Counted from the stretch's first letter, positions 1 to 12,040 are shown. The stretch is 64,000 nt of DNA from Helicobacteraceae bacterium (GCA_017508245.1 JAFVZI010000014.1:221889-285888), one strand, 5' to 3'. The notes: generated by a model from the sequence alone, not told the origin. Made by a program: numbers and translations.

Positions 1-378
1 TTCTTTTTTTGCCAAATCACATAGGATTCTACAAAATGGCTGCATTGCCATATCTTTAAATGCCCTAGTTGGACCGGTGTATAATTTTTGAAGAAATAAA
101 TTATCATCTAACTTAGTGAAATCTAGCGGAGTATTTGGGTTATCAAATGTTTTATAAGAAAAAAGTGCATCACAAAGAAGGCTAGAATCCGCACCTAGAA
201 TCTTAAAAATATATTTTGTCAAATCATTATACGATAAATCTTTTATATCATCGATACTTATTTGTGGAATATTTTTCAAACTCCACAATCCATTAAAACT
301 AGCAACAGGCTTTAATATCGCCTCATACAAACCGATATTAGCATCTCTGCCGTCATTTCCTCTTGTTTCTATTAACAT
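1..378 (-). CDS. thrC: Threonine synthase, N-terminal part (runs off window edge; not in ORF track)
   Basis: Hand translation MLIETRGNDG...LQKLYTGPTRAFKDMAMQPF contains the PLP-lysine motif GPTxAFKD; ATG at 378 overlaps the end of the upstream gene. Confidence 0.9.
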   Translation of the reverse strand, partial: MLIETRGNDGRDANIGLYEAILKPVASFNGLWSLKNIPQISIDDIKDLSYNDLTKYIFKILGADSSLLCDALFSYKTFDNPNTPLDFTKLDDNLFLQKLYTGPTRAFKDMAMQPFCRILCDLAKKE

Positions 379-1130
379 TTAAATTCCTTTAAAAAAGCTC
401 TAAGCTTATTGTAATCTTTGCGACTTAGATACCTGCTCTTTCCACTAGGAAGTGCATTAAGCTCTACAAAACCATAGCTTACGCGTTTTAAATCAATTAT
501 ATCAAGTCCAAAATAAGCAAAAAATCGTCTTAATTCTCTATTTTTTCCCTCTATAATTCCGACCTTTATTTTGCTCCAAGATTCTGCCTCTTTGATAATT
601 TCAAAAAAACTAAATGGTGCAAAATCCATAGCTTTTATCTTGCTATACTTATGTGCTCCGGCACTCGCATCACTTAGACTCAAGCCATCATTCATCGCAT
701 CTATAACTTTTTGATTAATCTTACCATTGATTTTTAGATTGTAGATTCTAATTAAATTGCTTGTCATTAACTTTGTTGCAATTTCTTTAGAATCTGTAAG
801 TAAAAGCAATCCACTTGATGCAAAATCTAGCCTACCTACTGGAATATAATTTCTAAATTTAGAATCTAGCGTATCATAAATTATCCTTCTACCTCTATCA
901 TCACTTTTACTTACAAGTTCATTTTTTGGTTTATGATAAACAATCACACTATATTTTGTGTTATCTTTTGGCTTAATCTCTTTGCCATTAATAAAAACTC
1001 GCTCTTTGGTTACAATATCTCCAAAAGTTGCAATTTTATTATTTAGCTTTACCTTACCGTCTTTTATAAGTTCATCGGCTTGTCGCCTAGAAAATTCCGT
1101 ATTGTGTGAAATCCACTTATTTAGTCTCAT
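372..1130 (-). CDS. rluB: RluB/RsuA-family pseudouridine synthase with S4 domain
   Basis: N-terminal S4 (MRLNKWI..SRRQADELI), catalytic GRLD, EGKNRELRR. Confidence 0.85.
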   Translation of the reverse strand: MRLNKWISHNTEFSRRQADELIKDGKVKLNNKIATFGDIVTKERVFINGKEIKPKDNTKYSVIVYHKPKNELVSKSDDRGRRIIYDTLDSKFRNYIPVGRLDFASSGLLLLTDSKEIATKLMTSNLIRIYNLKINGKINQKVIDAMNDGLSLSDASAGAHKYSKIKAMDFAPFSFFEIIKEAESWSKIKVGIIEGKNRELRRFFAYFGLDIIDLKRVSYGFVELNALPSGKSRYLSRKDYNKLRAFLKEFKC

Positions 1131-4100
1131 TATGCAATCTTAAAACTTCTCATCTTCTCTTTAAAATTATTATTGATTTTATAATTTGAATACAATAGAT
1201 ATGAAAGATTCCTGTCTTGCACTCTAAATACAAGTCTCTCACTACCACCATTTTCTATTGCAAGATTCTGTATATCTTTTAGATTCTCATATGTAAGATT
1301 ACAAGATACATCTAAAATATAATCTATGGTATCTTCTATGACCTCATTTTCGGCAACTATCATAGAATCTTTGGTATCATTTTCTTCTACAAACTCAATA
1401 TTTACTCTCTCGCTTTTTGCTTCATCTATGGATATGATTTTTTCGATTTGCAACGATATTAAACCATCCCTAAGACTTGCCTTGCATTTTAAGCATATAG
1501 GCTTATTTTTTGGGGCATTTTCTATCTGCTCAAGATGTTTTTCAAAAACTTGAAGCCAGATATTGCCGACCTTATCTACGATAAGAATCTCTGCAAAACG
1601 ATTCCCTTTTTTGCTAATCTTAGATTTAATATCTTTGATAATCCCAACAATTAACAATCTTGAGCCTTCTTTTAAGCGCTCTATGTCATAGCTTAGGACG
1701 ACACCTTTTATATTATCAATCTCATTGCTAAAATCATCAAGCGGATTCCCACTCATAAAGATTCCAAGCATCTCATATTCAAAATCTAATAATTCCATCT
1801 TGCTATATTCATCTTCATGTATGATATTAAGCACCAAATCACTGCTTGTATCATCAAAATCTTTGAATAGAGAATCATTTGAATTTATTATTTCTAGATT
1901 CTTAGAGTTATTTTTAACCGCATCAGCAATATAATCAAGATTATTTATAATACTTTTTATACTATAGCCCAAATCACGCAATGTCCCTGATTTTGCTAAA
2001 GATTCTATGACTTTTTTATTTATCACTTTAGAATCTATTTTGCCTAAAAAATCTTCTAAAGTATCAAATTTTTTATCTTTTCGTGCTTGCAATATCATTT
2101 GTATAGGCTTCTCGCCAATTCCTTTAATCGCACTAAATCCAAATATAATTTTCTTATCCCCATTGATAATATCAACACTAAAATCTTCCATAGAACTATT
2201 AATATGAGGTGGCAATACATCAATACCCATATTTCTACATTCTTGTATATATTGATTTATATTATTGACATTGTTTTTCTCGCTTGATAATAATGCTGCC
2301 ATAAATTCGTGTTTGTAATAAGTCTTGAGATATGCTGTTTGAAATGAAATCATTGCATATGCAGCAGAGTGAGATTTATTAAACCCATATCCTGCAAATT
2401 TGACTATAAGTTCCCATAATTCATCGCTCTTTGCTACATCAAATCCATTATTTTTTGCACCACTTAAAAATTTAGCTTTATTTTCAGCCATAATTTTATT
2501 ATCCTTTTTACCCATCGCCCTGCGAATCAAATCCGCTTCACCAAGTGAGAATCCACCGATAGTTTGCACTATTTGCATAACTTGTTCTTGATAGACAATA
2601 ACACCATAAGTGCTTTTTAAAATCTCCTCTAATTCAGGAAATATGTATTGTGTTTTTTTGACACCGTGCTTTCTATCAATAAAGTCATTTACCATTCCAG
2701 ATTCCATAGGTCCTGGACGAAAGAGTGCAAGAACAGCTACTAAATCATCAAAACTATTTGTCCTTATCTTTCTATTTAAAGCTTGCATTCCGCTAGATTC
2801 TATTTGAAATATTCCTACTGTATCACCGTTTCGTATCGTTTCATATACTTTTTGGTCATTTAAATCAATGGTATTAAAATCTATCTTGTTATTAATAAGC
2901 TCAAATGTTTTATGAATCACGCTTAGAGTTTTTAACCCTGAAAAGTCGAATTTTATCAAATCAACTTTCTCTAAATAATCCATAGAATATTGTGTAGCGA
3001 TTTTATCGCCGATTTTACACAATGGAATCTTCTCCCATAATTCATTTTCACTATTGATTACAATAGCAGCAGCGTGAGTTCCTAAATTTCTCTTTTGGTT
3101 TTCTAACACAAGTGCATTCTCCCACACAGCATTTAAAACCTCATCTTTGGCAATAGTTTGTGAAATTTTTGGCTCTAACTCAAAAGCACCCAGCTTATCT
3201 TTATCGGCTTGATCACCTGTCTTTAGCTGAATTTTTAATTTATTTGGAATTAATTTTGCAAATTCATCAGCCTTTTTATACTCAACTCCAAAAACTCTTG
3301 CAACATCTCTTATTACAGATTTTGCAGACATTGAGCTAAATGTTACGACGTGTGCGACATTATTTTCACCATATTTATTAATAACATAATTTATAATATC
3401 ACCTCTTTTATCTTGACAAAAATCCATATCAATATCTGGCATACTAATTCGCTCTGGATTTAAAAATCGCTCAAATAGCAATATATGTTTTATTGGGTCA
3501 ATATCTGTGATTTCTAAACAAAATGCCACCAAACTACCTGCTGCACTTCCTCTACCCGGTCCAACTGGTATATTTTGTCTTTTTGCTTCTCGCACAAAAT
3601 CCCAAACAATGAGCATATAACCAGAAAATTTCATTCCTTTTATGACCTGCATTTCATAATCCAGTCTATCTCTATAAATTTGGTGATTTTCTTTTTTTAC
3701 ATTTTTTAGCCTATTTTCAAGACCTTCCTTGCATTTGTATTCAAAATAAGAATCATCATCTATGAAATCTAGTCCTTCATTTTTTGCATACTCACTTGTA
3801 AATTTAAAAGTAGGTGCAGTCGGTGGCGTATTTTTTGTAATAATATTTCCATTTGGGTCTTTTATCTCAATACTTTTTAAGTCTATAATCAAATTGCATT
3901 TATCTACTAATTCTTGTGTATTTGTAAGTGCATCTGGAATATCAACAAATAATCTTTCCATTTCCTCACACGATTTGATATAAAATTCATTTACAGAATG
4001 TTTCAATCTATTGTCGTCTTTTAGTGTTTTTCCAGTAGAAATACACATCAATACTTCTTGTGAAAATGAATCTTTTTTAGTTGTATAATGCGTATCGTTT

Positions 4101-4720
4101 GTAGCAATTATTTTTATTCCTGTTTGAGTAGATATGTTTATGATTTGCTCATCTATAAACCTTTGCTCCAAGATTCCATGACGCATAATTTCTAAATAAA
4201 AATCATCACCAAAAATATCTTGATATTCCAACGCTACTTTTTTTGCATGCTCAAATCCTTTAGCATTATTTCTTTGGCTGATTGTATTTAGATGATAATT
4301 TACTTCACCTTGAAGACAAGCAGAAGAACAAATAAGCCCGTTAGAATGTTCTTTTAATATTTTTTTATTTAATCTTGGACTTTTATAAAACCCATTTATA
4401 TATGCTTGAGAACTAAGATACATAAGATTCTTATAACCTGTTAGATTCTTTGCATATAGACACAAATGGAATCTAAGTGGATTTTTAGAGCCTAAATCTT
4501 CATCATTATGTATATATGTCTCAATTCCAATTATTGGCTTTATGCCTTCTTTTAGCATATTAATATAAAAATCAAGTGCACCAAACATGCAGCCGTGGTC
4601 TGTTAGAGCGACAGATTTCATATTTAGCTCTTTTAGTCTTTTTGCCAGCTTTTTAATCTGATTTGCACCATCAAGTAAGGAATATTCACTATGCAAGTGA
4701 AGATGTGTAAAATTACTCAA
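1130..4720 (-). CDS. dnaE: DNA polymerase III alpha subunit
   Basis: PHP motif HLHLHSEYSLLDG, GPGRGSAAGSLV, MPDIDMDF, YGFNKSHSAAY, C-terminal OB fold. Confidence 0.98.
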   Translation of the reverse strand: MSNFTHLHLHSEYSLLDGANQIKKLAKRLKELNMKSVALTDHGCMFGALDFYINMLKEGIKPIIGIETYIHNDEDLGSKNPLRFHLCLYAKNLTGYKNLMYLSSQAYINGFYKSPRLNKKILKEHSNGLICSSACLQGEVNYHLNTISQRNNAKGFEHAKKVALEYQDIFGDDFYLEIMRHGILEQRFIDEQIINISTQTGIKIIATNDTHYTTKKDSFSQEVLMCISTGKTLKDDNRLKHSVNEFYIKSCEEMERLFVDIPDALTNTQELVDKCNLIIDLKSIEIKDPNGNIITKNTPPTAPTFKFTSEYAKNEGLDFIDDDSYFEYKCKEGLENRLKNVKKENHQIYRDRLDYEMQVIKGMKFSGYMLIVWDFVREAKRQNIPVGPGRGSAAGSLVAFCLEITDIDPIKHILLFERFLNPERISMPDIDMDFCQDKRGDIINYVINKYGENNVAHVVTFSSMSAKSVIRDVARVFGVEYKKADEFAKLIPNKLKIQLKTGDQADKDKLGAFELEPKISQTIAKDEVLNAVWENALVLENQKRNLGTHAAAIVINSENELWEKIPLCKIGDKIATQYSMDYLEKVDLIKFDFSGLKTLSVIHKTFELINNKIDFNTIDLNDQKVYETIRNGDTVGIFQIESSGMQALNRKIRTNSFDDLVAVLALFRPGPMESGMVNDFIDRKHGVKKTQYIFPELEEILKSTYGVIVYQEQVMQIVQTIGGFSLGEADLIRRAMGKKDNKIMAENKAKFLSGAKNNGFDVAKSDELWELIVKFAGYGFNKSHSAAYAMISFQTAYLKTYYKHEFMAALLSSEKNNVNNINQYIQECRNMGIDVLPPHINSSMEDFSVDIINGDKKIIFGFSAIKGIGEKPIQMILQARKDKKFDTLEDFLGKIDSKVINKKVIESLAKSGTLRDLGYSIKSIINNLDYIADAVKNNSKNLEIINSNDSLFKDFDDTSSDLVLNIIHEDEYSKMELLDFEYEMLGIFMSGNPLDDFSNEIDNIKGVVLSYDIERLKEGSRLLIVGIIKDIKSKISKKGNRFAEILIVDKVGNIWLQVFEKHLEQIENAPKNKPICLKCKASLRDGLISLQIEKIISIDEAKSERVNIEFVEENDTKDSMIVAENEVIEDTIDYILDVSCNLTYENLKDIQNLAIENGGSERLVFRVQDRNLSYLLYSNYKINNNFKEKMRSFKIA

Positions 4721-6066
4721 TTTGCCGCCTTTGCAAAAGTTTCAACAAATTTAGCTATTAAAACAATAACAATTACTAATGTAGCAATGTATTTGATTAT
4801 AAAATACCATATGTTAAATATGGTTCTACTCATAAATCCTTTTACAAATCTATATACGACTTTTTTACTAACAACAAATCCCAAAAATATCAATGCCAAT
4901 AATGCACCAAGAGGCATAATAATAGCTGCTGTAAAGAAATCTATCCAGTCCATAAACCCTTTGCCAAAAAATGTCAAATATGGACCATAATCTTCTGTAA
5001 GAGATAAGATGACAAGCAAACCAATAGCAAATATCGCAACACACAATAAATATGATGCTTTTGGACGACTTATATTGTAGTTATCGGATAAATAAGCTAC
5101 AGGTGGCTCTAAGATTGATATTGTTGAGGTGATTCCGGCAAACAATACTGCGGCAAAAAATAAAAATGAAACAATATTTCCATAAGCCATTTGACTAAAT
5201 ACCAAAGGTATAGATTTAAATAACATTCCAGGACCGCTACTGGCTGATTGACCATAATTGAACAAAAATGTAAAAATAATAATTCCTGCAATGAGTGATA
5301 TAACAATACCAGAGAGTGCAACCCAAGCAGAACTGCTTAATAAATTATCTCCCTTTTTTGCAGATGAACTATAGGTGATAATCGTCCCAACACCAATAGA
5401 GAGCGAAAAAAACATCTGACTTAAGGCCATAATGATTACATCTGTATTGATTACATTCACATTAAATGAAAATAAAAAATCTACCGCTTGGTCAAATGAA
5501 TCCACAGTCATCGCATAGAAAAATAATCCAATAAAAATGATAAACAATAATGGCATTAAAATGAAATTATACTTTTCTAATCCATCTTTAACACCTTTTG
5601 CGACAATATAGCTAGTCAAAAATATACAAACGCCAAAAGAGGCACTAGAAGCAAGAACATTATCTGAAACAAATGCACCAAAAGTATTATTCGATGCCTC
5701 TATTGTATCTGGAAGATTGAAAGAAACAATAGCTAAATAGTAAAAAACCCAGCCCAAAACAACAGCATAAAACGTAAGGATTAGCGGTCCGCCAATAATC
5801 ATTATGCCTGCTTTTTTCCAATGTTTTTTTACCGTAGGGTCTAGTGTATCAAATGCTCTAACGACATTTTTTTGTGTTTTATTTCCAATAACCATCTTTG
5901 CTACAAGGATAGGAATCCCTATAAAGATAGTCAAAAATATGTAAATCACAACAAATGCACTTCCTCCATATTCACCCGTCATATACGGGAATCTCCAAAT
6001 ATGTCCTAGTCCAATAGAGCTTCCCAAAGTCGCTAATATAAAACCTAGCTTTGTAAAACTATTCAT
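4717..6066 (-). CDS. Sodium-dependent transporter, NSS/SNF family
   Basis: GSSIGLGHIWRFPY signature, QMFFSLSIG, many TM helices. Confidence 0.93.
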   Translation of the reverse strand: MNSFTKLGFILATLGSSIGLGHIWRFPYMTGEYGGSAFVVIYIFLTIFIGIPILVAKMVIGNKTQKNVVRAFDTLDPTVKKHWKKAGIMIIGGPLILTFYAVVLGWVFYYLAIVSFNLPDTIEASNNTFGAFVSDNVLASSASFGVCIFLTSYIVAKGVKDGLEKYNFILMPLLFIIFIGLFFYAMTVDSFDQAVDFLFSFNVNVINTDVIIMALSQMFFSLSIGVGTIITYSSSAKKGDNLLSSSAWVALSGIVISLIAGIIIFTFLFNYGQSASSGPGMLFKSIPLVFSQMAYGNIVSFLFFAAVLFAGITSTISILEPPVAYLSDNYNISRPKASYLLCVAIFAIGLLVILSLTEDYGPYLTFFGKGFMDWIDFFTAAIIMPLGALLALIFLGFVVSKKVVYRFVKGFMSRTIFNIWYFIIKYIATLVIVIVLIAKFVETFAKAAN

Positions 6067-6169
6067 TTTTTTATTTCTTTATGTTGATTTGACTGATTCG
6101 ATAATGATACTAAAAAAATATTTATCATTAATTAAATGTTTCAATATTTCAAAAATTATGCAATATGGG

Positions 6170-7264
6170 TTATTGTATTGATTGAAAATACTCATTTAGC
6201 TTCGCATCTTGTGTGCCTTGAATGTTAGATATTGCATTTATACTACTTGAAAATAAAAGTGAGATTCCAGTAAAAATATTGCTACCCATACTATTTGCAC
6301 CACGGATTCTTGCAAATCTCGTAGAAATAAATGGAGAAAAAGCTAAACCATTATTAATACTCACATCAAGCCTGACACTAAGGCTAAAATTATGAAGTAA
6401 ATCACTTTCTCTAAACCTAGAATATCCCACATATTGTCTCATAAAACCTTGATAAATAAGCCTTATATCATCGTTAATTGGGGTTTTAGCTCTTAGTCCG
6501 GCTTCTATTGCTCCTTTTATGCTACTTGGTTTATATGTTAAATCAATCTCACCTACTCCTGCAAAATAAAACTCATCAATATATTTACCATCTAAGAATC
6601 TAAGACCCGCTTTATAACGCAAATAGTGATTTTTTGAACCATCATCTTGTTTTGTAAATTCACTCTGATATTCACCATCTATAAATGGACCTAAAAATCC
6701 ATTCTCAAACAACAAAACTTTACGCGTATAACCAGTGCTAAAAATAACATTATCTGCTGTTTCATTTCTAGTTGTAGCTTCATATTTTGGATTAAGAATA
6801 ATTAGTCCATATTCTGCATATAATCTATTTGTTATCCTGCTATTGGCCAAGTTGTGTTCTAATGCAAAATCTGCTATCAAACTAGCAACAGTCGTGTTAT
6901 CTCCACTAAATTTATTTGTGCCAAACTTTCTATACTCATCACTCACATTTATCGTAGTATTTGAAAAGTCAATGGCAATCCTTCTTATATCAATCTTTAG
7001 CAATGTCTCTTCTACACCACCAATAAAACCAGTAATCACATCTTCAAGATAACTATTTGGAAAAATCTGCTTTAGTATAGAAAGACTAGAATCTTCTTTG
7101 GTATTGTTTAGATTCTCTTTTTTTTGGTTTTGATTGAAAAAATTATCTTGTAATTTAAGATTTGAAGAATCTTTATCTAATGACTTTACTGCATTCTGCA
7201 AGCTCGCAGAATCATCCCCATAAAGAAACAATAAAATGGTAAAAAAAATAACTAAAAGTTTCAA
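6170..7264 (-). CDS. Exported protein, probable outer-membrane beta-barrel of unknown function
   Basis: Signal-peptide-like N-terminus; alternating hydrophobic/polar strands rich in Gly/aromatics; TTG start abuts fabH stop. Confidence 0.55.
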   Translation of the reverse strand: MKLLVIFFTILLFLYGDDSASLQNAVKSLDKDSSNLKLQDNFFNQNQKKENLNNTKEDSSLSILKQIFPNSYLEDVITGFIGGVEETLLKIDIRRIAIDFSNTTINVSDEYRKFGTNKFSGDNTTVASLIADFALEHNLANSRITNRLYAEYGLIILNPKYEATTRNETADNVIFSTGYTRKVLLFENGFLGPFIDGEYQSEFTKQDDGSKNHYLRYKAGLRFLDGKYIDEFYFAGVGEIDLTYKPSSIKGAIEAGLRAKTPINDDIRLIYQGFMRQYVGYSRFRESDLLHNFSLSVRLDVSINNGLAFSPFISTRFARIRGANSMGSNIFTGISLLFSSSINAISNIQGTQDAKLNEYFQSIQ

Positions 7265-8281
7265 TTACTCGCCATTAAAATATAACAAACTTGAACCCCA
7301 AGTGAGTCCTCCACCAAAGGCGTCTAATAATAATAAATCTCCTTTTTTAAGTCTGCCTTCTTTACAAATATCATCAATAGCCATAGGAATACTAGCAGCC
7401 GAGGTATTGCCATATTTATTCACAGTTACTACAACTTTAGAAGCATCAATCCCTATTATATCACCAACTGCATTTATTATTCTCAGATTCGCTTGATGTG
7501 GTATAAAATAAGTTACATCATCAATATTAATATTATTTCTAATTAGAATCTCTTTGACATCATTTGCCAGTGTTTTGACCGCTATTTTAAATGTTTCATT
7601 ACCTCTCATTTTTATATAGTTTTGCGTCGCATCTATTTGTGATACATAAAATTCATTAGAAAAATTTAGATTTGAACCCAAACACCGCGGTGTCATTAAA
7701 AAATCATTATATTTACCATTTGCACTAATATTGACATCAATAATTCTTTCATTTTCATTATTTGTAGCACTAATTACTGCTGCTCCAGCACCATCACCAA
7801 ATAAAACACAAGTACTTCTATCACTAAAATCTAAAATAGAGCTAATTTTTTCTGTGCCTACAATAAGAATATTATTATAGGTATTAGATTCTATAAATGA
7901 TTTTGCAAGAGATAAAAGATATATAAATCCACTGCAAGCCGCAGTTATATCAAATGCTGGTTTGTTTTCTATTCCAAGCCTACTTGAAATAAGACAAGCA
8001 TTTGAGGGCATACCTAAATAATCTGGGGATAAAGTAGCACAAATAACCAAATCAATATCATCTGGTTTCATACCTGCACGACTTATTGCAAGATTTGCTG
8101 CTTTTACTCCAAGTTCGCTTGAAGCTTCATTGTTATCTGCAAAATAGCGAGTTTTAATACCTGTTCTTTTTGTAATCCATTCATCAGATGTATCAATTAT
8201 TTTTTCAAAGTCTTCATTGGCAACACAATTCTTTGGCACATAGGAAGCTATGGACTTCATTGATGCATATTTTTTTTCCAC
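7265..8281 (-). CDS. fabH: 3-oxoacyl-ACP synthase III
   Basis: [33 protein letters not shown]; start moved to GTG 8281 behind an AAGGGG RBS. Confidence 0.96.
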   Translation of the reverse strand: MEKKYASMKSIASYVPKNCVANEDFEKIIDTSDEWITKRTGIKTRYFADNNEASSELGVKAANLAISRAGMKPDDIDLVICATLSPDYLGMPSNACLISSRLGIENKPAFDITAACSGFIYLLSLAKSFIESNTYNNILIVGTEKISSILDFSDRSTCVLFGDGAGAAVISATNNENERIIDVNISANGKYNDFLMTPRCLGSNLNFSNEFYVSQIDATQNYIKMRGNETFKIAVKTLANDVKEILIRNNINIDDVTYFIPHQANLRIINAVGDIIGIDASKVVVTVNKYGNTSAASIPMAIDDICKEGRLKKGDLLLLDAFGGGLTWGSSLLYFNGE

Positions 8282-8303
8282 TTTAGCCCCCTTAGAGTAA
8301 CAG

Positions 8304-9278
8304 CTATTTTGCAAAATTGCTTGCTATTTTATCAATTACCTTAGATTCTACAGCATTTATGCCTTGATAAATGGCACATTCAATTGCTCTTGCATTGCTT
8401 TTACCATGACAAATAATGATATTTTTGCTTACGCCAAGCAATGGAGCACCGCCATATTCGGCATAATGTGTCCGTTTTTTCAATGATTTAAACGCCTCCA
8501 GCATAAGCATAGCTCCAATTTTTGCACGGAATGATTTTTTTATCTCTTCCTTTAGAATCTTATTTATAGTCTCTGCGACACCTTCACTTGCTTTTAGCAC
8601 TAGATTACCCGAGAAACCATCACAAACTACAACATCTACGCTCGCATTAAAAATATCATTTCCTTCAACATTTCCCTTAAAGTAGGGAAATTCCTTTAGT
8701 CGCTTAAATGCTTCTTTTGTTAGCTCATTGCCCTTATTGTCTTCTTCTCCATTAGCAAGCAATCCAACCTTTGGATTGGGATATCCAAGCACTGATTTTG
8801 CATATTCATATCCCATTCTTGCAAATTCTATTAGATTATCAACTTTACAATCAACATTAGCACCAGCATCTAAAATAATACTTGTTTTACCATCAATTCT
8901 GGGCATAGTCGTGCAAATGGCTGGACGGCTTACTCCATCTATCCTACCAAACCTAAGCGTTGCAAGACTCATGCTAGCACCGCTATGCCCTGCAGATATA
9001 ACAACATCTGCTTGATTATTCCTAACAATTTCAATCGCTTGATAAATAGATGAATCTTTTCTCTTTAATGAATCAGTAGCACCATCTTCCATCTTAATAT
9101 AATCAGGACAATGAAAAACTTCTATTTTATCATCAGAATCTAAATAAGGCTTTATTAGCTTTTCATCGCCCACCACAGTAGCTTGAAAGTCCTTTGATTT
9201 TAGTGCTTGTTTAACTCCCACTATAATTGGTTCAACGCCATTATCGCCACCCATGGCATCTATAACTATTTTAAGCAT
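8304..9278 (-). CDS. plsX: Phosphate acyltransferase
   Basis: [36 protein letters not shown]. Confidence 0.97.
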   Translation of the reverse strand: MLKIVIDAMGGDNGVEPIIVGVKQALKSKDFQATVVGDEKLIKPYLDSDDKIEVFHCPDYIKMEDGATDSLKRKDSSIYQAIEIVRNNQADVVISAGHSGASMSLATLRFGRIDGVSRPAICTTMPRIDGKTSIILDAGANVDCKVDNLIEFARMGYEYAKSVLGYPNPKVGLLANGEEDNKGNELTKEAFKRLKEFPYFKGNVEGNDIFNASVDVVVCDGFSGNLVLKASEGVAETINKILKEEIKKSFRAKIGAMLMLEAFKSLKKRTHYAEYGGAPLLGVSKNIIICHGKSNARAIECAIYQGINAVESKVIDKIASNFAK

Positions 9279-9288
9279 TTATTCAAAC

Positions 9289-9441
9289 TTACTTATAATT
9301 TCCAGTCTCTTTGCTAATTGTATGTGGTAGCTTCCAATTTCCATTTTTATCTTTTACTGGCGTAGCAAGCTTTACCTTGTAATGAGTTCTTCTTTTTAAA
9401 CCTCTAGTTTTACTAACCCTTCTCTTTGGAACAACTGCCAT
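9289..9441 (-). CDS. rpmF: 50S ribosomal protein L32 (50 aa, below ORF-track cutoff)
   Basis: Hand translation [50 protein letters not shown]; canonical position between yceD and plsX. Confidence 0.95.
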   Translation of the reverse strand: MAVVPKRRVSKTRGLKRRTHYKVKLATPVKDKNGNWKLPHTISKETGNYK

Positions 9442-9454
9442 TTTTTTCTCCTTG

Positions 9455-9808
9455 TTATTTTATATGATAATCAAGCTGCATAGATTCCAGCTCGCTTCTA
9501 AAGATGAATTCTAAATCTATATATCCATCAAAAAATTCAACTACATCAAAATAGTCTCTATTTTTATGACTATCCCAAATACCATCTTTGACAAAAAGTA
9601 TAACATCATCATTTATACTTTTTTTAAAATCATCGCCACTTATATCACAAACACAATCCATTTCACCAGTAATAGTAGAATCTATTTTTATCAATCCATT
9701 GCTGAGTTTTGATAGATTCCCTTTTGCATTGATTTTATAATTATCACCAATTAAATCTAGCGAAAATTTTCTAGGATTTGATGTGATTTTTCTAGCTTCT
9801 ATTTTCAA
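9455..9808 (-). CDS. YceD/DUF177-like protein
   Basis: Position upstream of rpmF; degenerate C-x-CD motif and [12 protein letters not shown] tail. Confidence 0.75.
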   Translation of the reverse strand: MKIEARKITSNPRKFSLDLIGDNYKINAKGNLSKLSNGLIKIDSTITGEMDCVCDISGDDFKKSINDDVILFVKDGIWDSHKNRDYFDVVEFFDGYIDLEFIFRSELESMQLDYHIK

Positions 9809-9810
9809 AA

Positions 9811-10224
9811 TTACTTAATTTCAGTTTGTGCGAAAAAGAACGCAATCTCATTTTTTGCATTTTCCGCACTATCACTACCATGCACAGCATTTGCATCTAT
9901 ATTTTCTGCAAAATCAGCTCGTATAGTTCCTGCTTGTGCTTTCTTTGGGTCTGTATCACCCATCAACTCTCTATTTTTTTTTACAGCATGATCGCCTTCT
10001 AACACCATTACAACAACAGGACCACTTGTCATAAAATCTATCAAATCATTATAAAATGGTCTTTCTTTATGGATTGCATAAAATTCACCTGCTGTATTTT
10101 TATCAAGCAATATTTTTTTCATAGCTGCAATCCTTAGGCCATTACTCTCGAATCTGTCAATAATCTTGCCGATAATATTCTTTTTTACTGCATCTGGCTT
10201 TATTATAGAAAGCGTTTTTTCCAT
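9811..10224 (-). CDS. ndk: Nucleoside diphosphate kinase
   Basis: [24 protein letters not shown]. Confidence 0.98.
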   Translation of the reverse strand: MEKTLSIIKPDAVKKNIIGKIIDRFESNGLRIAAMKKILLDKNTAGEFYAIHKERPFYNDLIDFMTSGPVVVMVLEGDHAVKKNRELMGDTDPKKAQAGTIRADFAENIDANAVHGSDSAENAKNEIAFFFAQTEIK

Positions 10225-10332
10225 ATAGAACTCCTGCCTAAAATATAAAATCGAGATTCTAGCACAATAATTTTATATGCACTTTAAAACTTGGTAATTT
10301 TGATCATTTTATATTCGACTATTAAAGAAAGC

Positions 10333-10360
10333 TTAGAATCTTGAATTTTCAAGATTCTAA
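10333..10360 (-). terminator. Perfect inverted repeat TTAGAATCTTGAA-tt-TTCAAGATTCTAA, probable terminator of the ferredoxin gene
   Basis: 13-bp IR 7 nt after the stop; followed on minus strand by GCTTTCTTT; stem is a pair of the iterated motif. Confidence 0.8.
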
Positions 10361-10367
10361 AAAAGGA

Positions 10368-10643
10368 TTACATAACAGATACAGAATCATTCCTGTTTGC
10401 ATCGGATATATCATCTCTACTTGTTGCACCTCTAGCACTCCATACTATGCAACTTTCGGTAGGACAAGCACTAGCACAAGCTGGCATTTCATTATGTCCC
10501 ACACATTCTACACATTTATCTGCATAAACATAATAAATTCCCTCACCTGTTGGATTATCATCATCATCTACAATCGCACCAACAGGACATTCATCTATAC
10601 AAGACCCACAAGAAATACACAAATCTGTAATTTTAACAGCCAT
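10368..10643 (-). CDS. 2[4Fe-4S] ferredoxin
   Basis: CISCGSCIDECP and CVEC...CASACP motifs. Confidence 0.93.
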   Translation of the reverse strand: MAVKITDLCISCGSCIDECPVGAIVDDDDNPTGEGIYYVYADKCVECVGHNEMPACASACPTESCIVWSARGATSRDDISDANRNDSVSVM

Positions 10644-10737
10644 TTAAATCCTCCGAAATAAGTTTATGTGTTTTTGGCTAATGCCATCGACAGTATAACA
10701 ATTTTTACATACTTAAAATTAACTTTTATTAAAAAAA

Positions 10738-11898
10738 TTATTTAATTTTTAAATAGTCTCTAATTTCATCTACTTTATTTGTAGCTTCCCAAGTAAATTC
10801 TTTTAACTCCCTGCCAAAATGTCCATATGCTGCAGTTTTTCTATATATAGGTCTAAGCAAATCCAGAGATTCTATAATCCCTTTTGGTGTTAGTTTAAAT
10901 ATGGCTCGGACACATTTTTCTATCTCAACTGAATCTATTTTGGAAACATTATGAGTGTTGATATAAATAGATACTGGTTCAACAACCCCAATAGCATAAG
11001 AAATTTGAACGGTTATCTTAGGGCTTACTCCTGCTGCAACAAGATTTTTAGCTATATATCTGGCTATATATGCTCCGCTTCTATCTACTTTACTAGGGTC
11101 TTTACCACTAAATGCGCCGCCGCCGTGAGGACAACTACCACCATAAGTATCAACGATAATTTTTCGACCAGTTAGCCCTGCATCTCCTTGTGGTCCACCA
11201 ATAACAAACTTTCCAGTTGGGTTGATATGATATTTTATGTTATCTTGCATATATTCTTTTGGTATTACTTTTTGCACGATTTCTTCTATCACAGAATCTT
11301 TTAGATGGTCATATTTCACATCTGGAGCGTGTTGTGTTGAAATAACAATAGTATCAATATATGCAGGCTTTCCATCTTTGTATCTGATAGTAACTTGAGA
11401 TTTTCCATCTGGTCTTAAAAATGGCAATATCCCATCTTTTCTAGCTTTTGCCAATCCTTCTGTTAGCCTATGTGATAAATATATCGGAAGCGGCATAAGT
11501 GTATCGGTTTCATTACAAGCATAGCCAAACATTAGCCCTTGGTCTCCTGCACCAATCTCGCCATCTTTTCTATCTACACCTTGATTGATATCGGGACTTT
11601 GCTCACCAATACCATTTAGGATTCCAGCACTTCTATAATCAAAACCATACAAGGCATCTGTATATCCTATGTCTTTTATAACTCCTCTTGCAATATCTTG
11701 CATAGGCACATAAGTAGTAGTTTTTAACTCACCTGCTATCACACCAAAACCATTAGAAAGCAGCGTTTCACATGCTACTCTTGCATTTTTGTCTCTTTCT
11801 ATAATATAGTCTAATATGGCATCGCTTATTTGGTCTGCCATTTTATCTGGATGTCCTTCTGTTACAGATTCTGAAGTAAATAAAAACTCATTTTTCAT
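10738..11898 (-). CDS. metK: S-adenosylmethionine synthetase
   Basis: [28 protein letters not shown]. Confidence 0.98.
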   Translation of the reverse strand: MKNEFLFTSESVTEGHPDKMADQISDAILDYIIERDKNARVACETLLSNGFGVIAGELKTTTYVPMQDIARGVIKDIGYTDALYGFDYRSAGILNGIGEQSPDINQGVDRKDGEIGAGDQGLMFGYACNETDTLMPLPIYLSHRLTEGLAKARKDGILPFLRPDGKSQVTIRYKDGKPAYIDTIVISTQHAPDVKYDHLKDSVIEEIVQKVIPKEYMQDNIKYHINPTGKFVIGGPQGDAGLTGRKIIVDTYGGSCPHGGGAFSGKDPSKVDRSGAYIARYIAKNLVAAGVSPKITVQISYAIGVVEPVSIYINTHNVSKIDSVEIEKCVRAIFKLTPKGIIESLDLLRPIYRKTAAYGHFGRELKEFTWEATNKVDEIRDYLKIK

Positions 11899-11991
11899 AA
11901 ATTCACCTTGTATTTTAATTTTTTTACAATTCTATCATTAAAACATTAATTTTTTAAGAAAATATTTAAATATTTTTAATATTTTGGAATG

Positions 11992-12040
11992 TATAATTGC
12001 AGGGCTTTAAAAATAATAATAATTGTCTAATAATAATTTT
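11992..12040 (+). promoter_or_regulatory. Putative sigma70 -10 box (TATAAT 11992-11997) and downstream AAT-repeat Fur/PerR-like operator of ahpC
   Basis: TATAAT followed by AATAATAATAATTGTCTAATAATAAT; ahpC is PerR-repressed in Campylobacter jejuni. Confidence 0.5.

Noticed and set aside
1130-4720. Intein or split in DnaE
   Set aside because: Normal length; no splice-junction or homing-endonuclease motifs seen
9289-9441. Cys-free L32 as a zinc-starvation paralogue
   Set aside because: Cys-free L32 in the yceD-rpmF-plsX operon is the normal form in this clade
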